A stretch of DNA of 56,722 bases from a virus (Duplodnaviria; Caudoviricetes), in the IMG/VR virus record IMGVR_UViG_3300031519_010435, positions 1-56,722 of that record. One strand, written 5' to 3'. Positions 30,812 to 38,957 of this stretch are shown piece by piece. The translations under genes were made by a program, and so were the position numbers. Position 1 is the stretch's first letter, and the number at the start of each line of letters is the position of its first letter. The notes under the pieces are model-generated. The model did not search any database, had not been told where the DNA came from, and worked only from the letters and a program-made list of their open reading frames with translations.

Positions 30812-31336
30812 ATGAGTTATAAACACGAACTTGATAATCGAGGCTCTTCAGAGATAGGAACTAAGTCTGAGAGAAAATTTATGGGAGTTGCCTCAAAAAG
30901 AGGCTTCAATACATTTAAATCAACCAAGCATGAAAATAAAATACTAGGTATAGATGTATGGCTTGAGAAAGATAAGATAAAAAAAGGTTTTGATGTAAAA
31001 GCTAGAAAAAAACTTTCTGCATCAGATAAAAATTGTAACGATGAGTGGACTTTAGTTGAATATAGAAACGAATGGGGCTATGATGGCTGGTTACTTAAAA
31101 AGGCTAATTATATAGCCTTTGAGAAAGAAACTTGTTTTTTAGTTGTTGATAGAGTATCATTGTTTGACCTCTGCGAATCATTAATAAATAAAGAAAAAGA
31201 ATACGCAAAAAGATCCAAAGATTCAAAATATATATTTTATAATAGAAAAAAACAAGAGCTTACCGCATTAATAAAAACTTCAGATATTTTAAAGTTAAAA
31301 AGATGTGAAAAATGGAATAAAAACTTCGAAACTTAA
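30812..31336 (+). CDS. putative PD-(D/E)xK-fold nuclease
   Basis: G..SE..F, GIDVW...FDVKARK and VEYRN..G..GWL. Confidence 0.6.
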   Translation: MSYKHELDNRGSSEIGTKSERKFMGVASKRGFNTFKSTKHENKILGIDVWLEKDKIKKGFDVKARKKLSASDKNCNDEWTLVEYRNEWGYDGWLLKKANYIAFEKETCFLVVDRVSLFDLCESLINKEKEYAKRSKDSKYIFYNRKKQELTALIKTSDILKLKRCEKWNKNFET

Positions 31337-31367
31337 AAAAAAGTGTATTATACTTTCATCTCGACTT

Positions 31368-31592
31368 ATGAATTTTGACGAACAAACAGACGCATTTAGA
31401 TTTGACCTAGACAATCTATGTAGTAGATACCTAGGAGAATTTGACATAAATGTTTTTACAGAAATCGGATGTTTAAGAGAAAAAAAACTTGAATTAATAA
31501 ATTTACAGAGTATCATAGAAGATAAAATGAACGACCTTACAGGTGAAGACATAGATTTTGAAGTCGATGAAGACTTCTTTTCTGAAGATTAA
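31368..31592 (+). CDS. hypothetical acidic protein
   Basis: ATG 31368, downstream of GTGTATTATA at 31343. Confidence 0.6.
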   Translation: MNFDEQTDAFRFDLDNLCSRYLGEFDINVFTEIGCLREKKLELINLQSIIEDKMNDLTGEDIDFEVDEDFFSED

Positions 31593-31644
31593 TTTTAAAG
31601 CAAGCATTTTTCTTGCATTATTTTTTTATTAATAAACATAATAT

Positions 31645-32295
31645 ATGAATACTAAACTAAGTATTATGGCATTTATTTGCCTATTTACTAACGCCGCATC
31701 CGCAAATACAGGTTCGCTGTCTGCAGGTTATGCTTCCGACTACTTTAGGGAGGGAGCTATGATCGCAGGAGAATCAGTTAGAGCTGAAATTGACTATAGC
31801 ATTAGTGTTGGAGATAGCTTAGAGCTTTCTCTTGGCGCAGCTACGAATCAGTCAGTTGCATCTGGAGCTGATGCTTACCTAATTTCCTTGGGTGCTTCAA
31901 AGCAATGGTCTGATTTGATCGGAACATATCTTGGAGTTGAACACTTTGAGCTGGTCTCTGGAGACGCCGCCCTAGATGTTGAATTTAAGGTTGATGTTTC
32001 TACTCTCCTGAATCCTAGCTTGTTAGTCGCAAGGAATACAGACGAAACTCTCTATACTGTCGAAGTTGGCGTTAGCCATTCTTTAGATCTAGAGATTATT
32101 AATCTTGATTTTTCTGGAAGCTATGGCAATACAGATGTATCAACAAGTTCTAATATTGATTATTGGACTTTAGGTGCGACCGCATCTAAGTCTGTTTCTG
32201 AAAATTCAAACTTAGCCCTCGACTATGATTATGTAGATTCTGATCTCATAGACGGAGAGTCTATTGTTGGAGTCTCCTTGACTGTATCATTCTAA
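31645..32295 (+). CDS. outer-membrane beta-barrel protein (TorF/Gcw_chp-like porin)
   Basis: Signal peptide ending ASA, YASDYFREG, alternating amphipathic strands and a C-terminal Phe (VSLTVSF). Confidence 0.75.
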   Translation: MNTKLSIMAFICLFTNAASANTGSLSAGYASDYFREGAMIAGESVRAEIDYSISVGDSLELSLGAATNQSVASGADAYLISLGASKQWSDLIGTYLGVEHFELVSGDAALDVEFKVDVSTLLNPSLLVARNTDETLYTVEVGVSHSLDLEIINLDFSGSYGNTDVSTSSNIDYWTLGATASKSVSENSNLALDYDYVDSDLIDGESIVGVSLTVSF

Positions 32296-32314
32296 CCCTA
32301 ATATATATAAAATT

Positions 32315-32563
32315 ATGAAAGACGTAGTAGAAAAAGTAAAGTGTGCCATTTGTGGCATTAGCGCCGTACTCCTTTCCGTTATCGGATTGCTTGTACTTTC
32401 CCAAGTTGTTTTTGGTGAAAATGCAGGTATTGATGTTATTGGAAACTTGCAGGGTATTGTAAATGGCTTTGTCGGGCCAGGAGCAAGCCTCGCTGGAGTC
32501 ATTACCCTAGTTCTGATTGTGTCCCTTTTGGGCAATCAAGGGTCGTGTTCCGCTAAGAAGTAG
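32315..32563 (+). CDS. small two-TM membrane protein
   Basis: Two hydrophobic helices; co-oriented behind the porin and followed by a terminator. Confidence 0.75.
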   Translation: MKDVVEKVKCAICGISAVLLSVIGLLVLSQVVFGENAGIDVIGNLQGIVNGFVGPGASLAGVITLVLIVSLLGNQGSCSAKK

Positions 32564-32586
32564 TACTAGTTACACCTTCTAAAATT

Positions 32587-32615
32587 AAGCCTCCCAGAAA
32601 TGGGAGGCTTTTTTT
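32587..32615 (+). terminator. rho-independent terminator
   Basis: AAGCCTCCCA-GAAA-TGGGAGGCTT hairpin followed by a T run. Confidence 0.9.
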
Positions 32616-32626
32616 GTGAAAAAAGC

Positions 32627-32655
32627 TTGATTTTTCTATAGTTAATGTTTATTAT
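32627..32655 (+). promoter_or_regulatory. sigma70-like promoter, leaderless
   Basis: TTGATT(32627)-N17-TATTAT(32650), then 6 nt to GTG 32662. Confidence 0.6.
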
Positions 32656-32661
32656 ATTTTA

Positions 32662-33159
32662 GTGAAGGTTAACAAAGATTTATATGTAGTCTACTACACA
32701 TTAGCCCTAGACAAGTCTTACAATTATAAGTCTATAATTAAAGGTGAATCAGATAAAGAAGCAAAACTCATTCTATCTAAAAAAATTGGAAGAGAGTTTA
32801 TTGTTTATGAATTAAAAAACATTAGATCTTTCAAGATAAATAAAGATAATTATAAAGGAAGAAAGTTATCTGACAAGCAAATAGATATATTGGAAAAAAT
32901 ATCTTACCCTAATGGCAAGCATAAACTATATAAATTTAAAAAAGATCAATGGTTTAAGTATGAAAATAAGAGAAGAAATAAAAACGGAACTTTCAAAAAA
33001 GGCTTCACCCCTTGGAATAAAAATTTAAAATTAAAAATTATTAAAAAAAATTCTTTTGGTCACTTTTGCAAATCTAGGGACGATTCTGGAAAATTTCTTA
33101 ATGGAGCTTCTCCTATAGTCGTTGGCTCAAAAAACCAAAATGAAGAGAGTACTAAATAA
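32662..33159 (+). CDS. paralog family A member with NUMOD-like repeats
   Basis: N-domain shared with 36119 and 37902; C-terminal RNKNGTFKKGFTPWNK and RDDSGKF. Confidence 0.65.
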   Translation: MKVNKDLYVVYYTLALDKSYNYKSIIKGESDKEAKLILSKKIGREFIVYELKNIRSFKINKDNYKGRKLSDKQIDILEKISYPNGKHKLYKFKKDQWFKYENKRRNKNGTFKKGFTPWNKNLKLKIIKKNSFGHFCKSRDDSGKFLNGASPIVVGSKNQNEESTK

Positions 33160-33739
33160 CAAGCCTAGAAAAGAAGACATTCTTCGATTAAGGAAAGAGG
33201 GAAAGACTTACAATGAAATTCAAGAGGAGTTAGGAGTATCCAAGTCTGTAATTTCTTACCATTGCGGAGAGAATTCCTCTGAAAAAAAAAGAGTTAAGAG
33301 TCGCAATTGTACAGCGTCTCATAAATTAACTAAAAAAATAAGTGCATTTAAATCTAGATGTTCAAAAGAAAGTTATAAAACTTTTAGAACTAAGGTGAAA
33401 ACATTCAAAAAGCGAAAGCATAGAAGTAGGACGCACGCTTTTGTTAATAATGTCTCTAAAAATTTTTCAGCAAAAGATGTGGTCGAAAAATTTGCTGGAA
33501 AACCTTACTGCTACCTTACTGGAAAAAAGATTAATATTAATAAGCCAGAAACATATCATCTAGATCATATTATTCCGACATCTAAAGGTGGTAGTAATGA
33601 CTTAGACAATCTAGGTATGTGTACAAGGCAAGCTAATTATGCGAAAAATGACTTGAGTGTGAAAGAGCTTCATAAATTATGTGAAGATATATTAAAGTGG
33701 AGGGATGAAGAAAAGTTCAGCAAAAACTCATCTCTTTAA
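33140..33739 (+). CDS. HTH + HNH endonuclease
   Basis: GKTYNEIQEELGVSKSVISYH helix-turn-helix; CYLTG...HLDHIIP.SKGG.N...N...C...N..K HNH domain. Confidence 0.8.
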   Translation: MKRVLNNKPRKEDILRLRKEGKTYNEIQEELGVSKSVISYHCGENSSEKKRVKSRNCTASHKLTKKISAFKSRCSKESYKTFRTKVKTFKKRKHRSRTHAFVNNVSKNFSAKDVVEKFAGKPYCYLTGKKININKPETYHLDHIIPTSKGGSNDLDNLGMCTRQANYAKNDLSVKELHKLCEDILKWRDEEKFSKNSSL

Positions 33740-34121
33740 CGATTGCCCTTATTTTTTTGAAGACTTGCTTGAGTCTTTTAATGAGAAATATTCTAAATCT
33801 TTAATTGTTAAAGGAAATGGTGCAGTAAAATCCTTTGGTTTAATAGAAGTAGATTTATTAAAGTATGAATCAATAAACCCATTCAAATTAAATAAATACA
33901 AAAAACTATTATCACATTTAGAAAACCCGTTGATTGATATAAGATGTTTTAATGATTATTCATTAGTTTATGATTGTAAGATATACTTTATAGACTCATC
34001 AAGATTTAAAGGCTATTACATGCTTCAAAAAAACTTCTTTCCTTCTCTATCTAACTTTAAGTTTCACCTCTGGTCCCTAGATAGCCAAAGGATTCTTGAG
34101 TATGACAGGCATTGGTTATAA
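33705..34121 (+). CDS. hypothetical protein
   Basis: 138-aa ORF. Confidence 0.55.
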   Translation: MKKSSAKTHLFNDCPYFFEDLLESFNEKYSKSLIVKGNGAVKSFGLIEVDLLKYESINPFKLNKYKKLLSHLENPLIDIRCFNDYSLVYDCKIYFIDSSRFKGYYMLQKNFFPSLSNFKFHLWSLDSQRILEYDRHWL

Positions 34122-34126
34122 TTTGC

Positions 34127-34155
34127 TTGACAGAATTTTTTTTTTTTGTTATGTT
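34127..34155 (+). promoter_or_regulatory. sigma70-like promoter with T12 tract in the spacer
   Basis: TTGACA(34127)-N17 containing T12 (34136-34147)-TATGTT(34150). Confidence 0.65.
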
Positions 34156-34194
34156 TGCTGAATGTTCGAATCCTCAACAACTACCAAGTTCTAA

Positions 34195-35259
34195 ATGAAA
34201 GCTTTATCATTATTTTCAAATGTAGGTTTCGGGGAGCTATACTTAAATAGCATAGGTATAGATGTAGTTGTAGCGAACGAGCTTTATAAAGATAGGTGCG
34301 ATTTGTATAGAGAAATCCACCCAGAATGCAATATTATATGTGGAGATGTAACAAAAGAAGAGGTTAAGGGTAAGATTTACGATTCATGCCCGAATTCGGT
34401 CCTTGGTGATGGAATAGATTTAATTATAGCAACTCCTCCATGTCAAGGAATGAGTGTTGCTAATGCCAAAAGATTACCTGATGATCATAGAAATTCATTA
34501 ATAATACATGCAATGGATGTTTTTAACGAGATATTACCTGACTACATGTTGATAGAAAATGTCGCTGGCATGGCTAATACTTTTATAAATAACAACGGAG
34601 AGATAGTTAATATAATAAAATATATTGAATCTCAAATTCCAGAACCTTGGGTTTTAAATTGGGACATTTTAAATGCGAAAGATTACAGCACTCCTCAATC
34701 AAGAAAAAGGTTTATAGGTTTAATATCTAGAGATGGCAGATGGAAACACCCGAAACCTAACGAAAAAAATATTAGCGTAAGGGATGCGATTGGTCACTTG
34801 CCTTCATTGGAGTCTGGCAGGTCAAGTGATCTTCCTTGGCATTATGCAAAAAAACATAACCCTCATCATATAATTTGGATGAAGAGTACCCCAACAGGTC
34901 AAACCGCATTTAATAATAAGATTCATTATCCCAAAAAAGATGGGAGAAGAATAAAAGGCTTTATGACTACATACAAGAGGATAGATTGGGACAAGCCATC
35001 GCCTACTGTCACTATGTGTAATGGAGCTATATCGAGTCAAAATAATGTTCACCCTGGAAGGCTTTTACAAGATGGAACATATTCGGATGCAAGAGTTATG
35101 TCTGTTGAAGAGTTATCTATTTTATGCGGATTTCCGCCTGAATTTTTAAATAAATTTAAAAATAAATATTCAGAAGGTTTTATCAGGAAGGTCCTAGGAG
35201 AATGCTTCCCTCCAACAATGAGTTTAGAAATATTAAAACAAATAAAAAATGAAGATTAA
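34195..35259 (+). CDS. C5-cytosine DNA methyltransferase
   Basis: Motif I LFSNVG, catalytic PPCQ, ENV, QSRKR, and C-terminal R.MS..E/GE motifs. Confidence 0.9.
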   Translation: MKALSLFSNVGFGELYLNSIGIDVVVANELYKDRCDLYREIHPECNIICGDVTKEEVKGKIYDSCPNSVLGDGIDLIIATPPCQGMSVANAKRLPDDHRNSLIIHAMDVFNEILPDYMLIENVAGMANTFINNNGEIVNIIKYIESQIPEPWVLNWDILNAKDYSTPQSRKRFIGLISRDGRWKHPKPNEKNISVRDAIGHLPSLESGRSSDLPWHYAKKHNPHHIIWMKSTPTGQTAFNNKIHYPKKDGRRIKGFMTTYKRIDWDKPSPTVTMCNGAISSQNNVHPGRLLQDGTYSDARVMSVEELSILCGFPPEFLNKFKNKYSEGFIRKVLGECFPPTMSLEILKQIKNED

Positions 35260-35533
35260 AAAGGAGTTGAAGTATGCAACTTTTGAGTACGATGAAGAAA
35301 CAAAAAAGTTTCTAATTATAGATACTGAAAGTGGTGGAGTAGTTGAATTAAATAAAATTTATGCTTTTGCATTCATGCGCTTTGTCATTCGTATGGCTCA
35401 AAGAAATTGGTTAAAGCAAAATAAAGGAAAAAAAATGATTGACAAAGAGGATGAAATTATGTTAGGGTTGGAGTTAGATAAGGAAAACATACATGAAGAC
35501 CAAATGAATCTTTTTAATAACAAACAAATATGA
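35249..35533 (+). CDS. hypothetical protein
   Basis: ORF overlapping both neighbours. Confidence 0.65.
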   Translation: MKIKKELKYATFEYDEETKKFLIIDTESGGVVELNKIYAFAFMRFVIRMAQRNWLKQNKGKKMIDKEDEIMLGLELDKENIHEDQMNLFNNKQI

Positions 35534-35868
35534 AAAATATAAAATTAATGTTACATGATGATAAATTCGCGTCACTATCTTCTAGTGAAGTAGTTTTTTC
35601 AGGAGAAGACAATGAGTTCTTTTACGAAGACACTAATGAAGCTGTCCCCTATGGAGAGCCTATTGGCTTAGATATGCCGATATATGATTTCGAACACCTT
35701 CAATATCAAGACAATATCAAGGACAGTGACGATAGTCGTGATGCTGAGAAATGGAGGTATAATGCCAACCAAGAGTTTGAAGCTCTTGTTAATGATTGGA
35801 TTTCCCCAAGAGAGATTAAACTCGTCTTATTTAAAAATATTTACTGGAACCCATCTAATAAAAAATAA
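35530..35868 (+). CDS. hypothetical protein
   Basis: ATGA overlap, 112 aa. Confidence 0.65.
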   Translation: MKNIKLMLHDDKFASLSSSEVVFSGEDNEFFYEDTNEAVPYGEPIGLDMPIYDFEHLQYQDNIKDSDDSRDAEKWRYNANQEFEALVNDWISPREIKLVLFKNIYWNPSNKK

Positions 35869-35869
35869 T

Positions 35870-36109
35870 ATGAAAGAAGTAAACTCAGCAGCGTTTGAAT
35901 ATATCGTTAATAAATTTTTGCCTTATTTAACTATATTTGTATTATTATTTACAGAATTTAAACTTTACGACTTCCAGCCTTGGGTGATATGTGGTTTAAT
36001 ATTTTTTATAGATAAATTCGCGTTTAAGGTGGGCAGATCTGTAGGGGAATATGAAAACAACCCAAACTTTCAAAAAGAAGTTGATGAATCTCTAAACAAG
36101 GAGGATTAA
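35870..36109 (+). CDS. small membrane protein
   Basis: ATG 35870 follows the previous stop; two hydrophobic stretches. Confidence 0.6.
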   Translation: MKEVNSAAFEYIVNKFLPYLTIFVLLFTEFKLYDFQPWVICGLIFFIDKFAFKVGRSVGEYENNPNFQKEVDESLNKED

Positions 36110-36118
36110 TATAAAAAT

Positions 36119-36556
36119 ATGAATGCATACACTCAGCCAAAAACTAAAAACCCTAGCAAACTGCAACAGTGGTTTAGGAATAAAAAGTGGGGAATAGATC
36201 AATATTGGAAAATTAGATATACTCTTTATATCGATAATTCAGAAGAAAAAGATTATGTTTCTATTGTAAAAGCTAGGTCTTTTGATTTAGCTAAAGATTT
36301 TTTATTTAAAAAAACAAAAGAAGACGATCACTATTTGAAAATTAAAAACTTAAGAGGTTATATGTTTCATTCAAATTATTGCTTTGAAAGATCTAGTAAT
36401 AAATCTATTAATTTAATCAACATGAAGGATTGGGAAAATATAAGAAATAGTGCTTACCCTAATGAAAATAACCATTTGTTTAAAATGGTCGTAAAAATTA
36501 GATCTAAAGGGGAAATAACAGAAAGAAACAGTCAAAAAATTAAAAATTTACTTTAA
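36119..36556 (+). CDS. paralog family A member (putative sigma partner)
   Basis: QYWKIRYT...EKDY.S.VKARSFDLAK...GYMFH...WENI...YPN.N..LFK is shared with 37902. Confidence 0.7.
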   Translation: MNAYTQPKTKNPSKLQQWFRNKKWGIDQYWKIRYTLYIDNSEEKDYVSIVKARSFDLAKDFLFKKTKEDDHYLKIKNLRGYMFHSNYCFERSSNKSINLINMKDWENIRNSAYPNENNHLFKMVVKIRSKGEITERNSQKIKNLL

Positions 36557-36557
36557 T

Positions 36558-37265
36558 ATGATTTCAGAAAACTTAGACTACGAATACAAAATAACAGATA
36601 AAGACGAAGAAAGGTTTGATAATTATCTCATTTCTCTTCAACCAGACATCGAGAAGCTTTTAATGTCAAAAAGAAAGCATAATCATCGTCTTGCTATTGA
36701 TGAGATCCTGAGCGACTTTAATTTAAGCTTAATAAAAGCTAAGGAAAAATTCATTAGATTCAGAGACGATGAGCATCAAGAATTTACTAAAAAAAGTTTT
36801 CATTACTTGATGTGCATCTATGCAAAAAATGCCGTTTCCTGGTTTGCGTCTAGAGAAAATAACAGAAAATACAACTCTAGAAGATTGGATTTTTTGTGCA
36901 AATCTGAAGATGGAGAAAAAACTAGTTTTGAAATAGCTTGCGATATTTTGGGTGAGGATGAAAAGTGTAAAGATGCTTTTGAAAACGAAAAATACAAATA
37001 TGTGTTTACTTTAATTAAAGATAGCACTTGGTTCACGACCAAAGAGATAGAATTAATAGATCTTTTATTAAAAGGTCACAAGCAGGTAGAAATATTTGAG
37101 ATGATGGATGTTACCCATCAAGCTATATCTTTTAACATTTTAAGAATTAAAGAAAAAATAAAGCATAGGTTTAAATTTAATGTTTTCTCTGATGAGAGTT
37201 GGGCTAAAATATCTACAGGAAATAAAGCGATAAAAGAACTTTTCTCTCATGAAATTAATTCTTAA
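36558..37265 (+). CDS. divergent sigma70-family factor
   Basis: Region-2-like DEILSDFNLSL...F...YAKN...W; region-4 HTH GHKQVEIFEMMDVTHQAIS. Confidence 0.6.
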   Translation: MISENLDYEYKITDKDEERFDNYLISLQPDIEKLLMSKRKHNHRLAIDEILSDFNLSLIKAKEKFIRFRDDEHQEFTKKSFHYLMCIYAKNAVSWFASRENNRKYNSRRLDFLCKSEDGEKTSFEIACDILGEDEKCKDAFENEKYKYVFTLIKDSTWFTTKEIELIDLLLKGHKQVEIFEMMDVTHQAISFNILRIKEKIKHRFKFNVFSDESWAKISTGNKAIKELFSHEINS

Positions 37266-37401
37266 TATTGATTTTCTTATGGATTTAAATAGGTTAGAAT
37301 TAACATATGAAAATTTTTCTAATAACAGAGAGGTATGGCTGAATTTAATTAGCTCAGAGTATTTCTACAAAAGATGTATATAATTTTAGGAAAATATAAA
37401 A

Positions 37402-37905
37402 ATGTTTAATAATTCTGAATTAAAAAAAATCCAACCAAATATTAGAAGTTACGTTTGCTCTATTGTTTACAACCCTAAAGACTGTCAAGATATAATTCAA
37501 GAAATTAATTTAAAAATTTTATCAAATAGAGATAAATTTGATAATAGTAAAAAGCTTTTACCTTGGGCTGTTACTATTTCTAGTTTTCAAATAAAAAAAT
37601 ATTTACAAAATAAAAAAAGATGGAATAGAAGATATGTAAATTTTGATCATGTTTATTTTCTAGCAATAGATGACCCCATGAATAAACTCGTAGAACATGA
37701 AAAGAAAGAGTTAGATCAGAACTTATCTGAATTTCTTTCAAAAAGGCAATATTCCATCTATAAATATCTCTGCAAGGGTTATACTGTAGATGGAATATCC
37801 AAAAAAATGAGCATAACTCCAATGAAAGTTTCTAGAAGTAAATCAGCAATGATTGAAAATGTAAGAAAGTTTCTTAGGGAAAATTTAAATTTTAAAATAA
37901 AATGA
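37402..37905 (+). CDS. ECF sigma factor resembling the Rhodopirellula/Verrucomicrobium family
   Basis: Region 2 QPNIRSYV.SIV.N..DCQDIIQEINL...F......PWA..I...Q; region 4 LSKRQ...GYTVDGISKKMSIT...V. Confidence 0.75.
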   Translation: MFNNSELKKIQPNIRSYVCSIVYNPKDCQDIIQEINLKILSNRDKFDNSKKLLPWAVTISSFQIKKYLQNKKRWNRRYVNFDHVYFLAIDDPMNKLVEHEKKELDQNLSEFLSKRQYSIYKYLCKGYTVDGISKKMSITPMKVSRSKSAMIENVRKFLRENLNFKIK

Positions 37906-38957
37906 AAAAAAAGAAAAGAAGAAATAAAGGCTCGCAATATAAGTTTCGTCGTGAAGTCTTTGATTTTGATCAATATTGGAATATAAATTATACCGAAAAG
38001 TATAAAGATGGAAGTGAAAAAGATTTTAAAACTTTCATAAGGTCAAAGTCATACGACTTAGCAAAAAAAATCTTAATAGAAAAATTAAATGCCGAAGATT
38101 CACATGTAAAAGTTAAAGCCGTCCAGGGTTTCATGTTTCATGGAAATTATAAGATACACAACAACAGAAGGTTGACATTTGAAAATTGGGAACAAATAAA
38201 AAAAGCTTCATTTCCTAATTATAATAATATCTTATTTAAAAAAGAAATAACGAGAAAAGAAGGTTACACTAACAGATTTAATAGAACAGATATAACTCAT
38301 ATACTTTCAATAGGTTTCAAAAAAGGAAAAGATAATTGGTCTCATCAAAATCGCAAGGGAATCTACTTGCCGATAGAAGAGCGTCAAGGTATGATCTATA
38401 AAGGTAAATGGGTAAAATGGGATAAAGATGAAATGGAAAAAACTAAAACTCAAATAATAGAAACTTTTAAACTTCTTAAAAATAATAGATGTAAAACTGC
38501 TGAATATCTAAAAATTGGAAGAAATACTCTTTACAAAATGATGAGCAGAATAGAACCTTTAACTTGGTGGAATGAAAATTACCCTTATGTACGTGTCCCC
38601 CCTATAGTTTCAAGGGAAATGAGATCATCTATTCAAAAAAAAGTGATGAAAGCAAGAATGGATAATGGAGAAATTCCATTTGGAAACTTAACAGATGATC
38701 AAAAAAAAAGAAAAGTTGAAAATATTAAAAAATCAAGTGCAAAAAAAAGAGAGGTCTTTTATAGAGATATAATACCTAAAATAAAAGATGCATTGCCAAA
38801 ATTCAATAATAGTAGAAAAAAAACTGCTGAGTATTTAAATCTTAAACAAGCACATTTTGATAAAATTTTAGTTAGATCTAAAAAACTATATAATATAAAC
38901 TGGAGTTATGAATTCCCAACAAAATACAGCAGACCACAAAAAACTAAAACAGTTTGA
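37902..38957 (+). CDS. paralog family A member fused to two Fis-type HTH domains
   Basis: Family A N-domain; NNRCKTAEYLKIGRNTLYK and NNSRKKTAEYLNL. Confidence 0.7.
   Translation: MKKKKRRNKGSQYKFRREVFDFDQYWNINYTEKYKDGSEKDFKTFIRSKSYDLAKKILIEKLNAEDSHVKVKAVQGFMFHGNYKIHNNRRLTFENWEQIKKASFPNYNNILFKKEITRKEGYTNRFNRTDITHILSIGFKKGKDNWSHQNRKGIYLPIEERQGMIYKGKWVKWDKDEMEKTKTQIIETFKLLKNNRCKTAEYLKIGRNTLYKMMSRIEPLTWWNENYPYVRVPPIVSREMRSSIQKKVMKARMDNGEIPFGNLTDDQKKRKVENIKKSSAKKREVFYRDIIPKIKDALPKFNNSRKKTAEYLNLKQAHFDKILVRSKKLYNINWSYEFPTKYSRPQKTKTV

Noticed and set aside
33140-35259. HNH nuclease + C5 methyltransferase as a restriction-modification pair
   Set aside because: They are separated by another gene and a promoter; the HNH has an HTH-HNH layout typical of free-standing phage endonucleases; orphan MTases are common in phages
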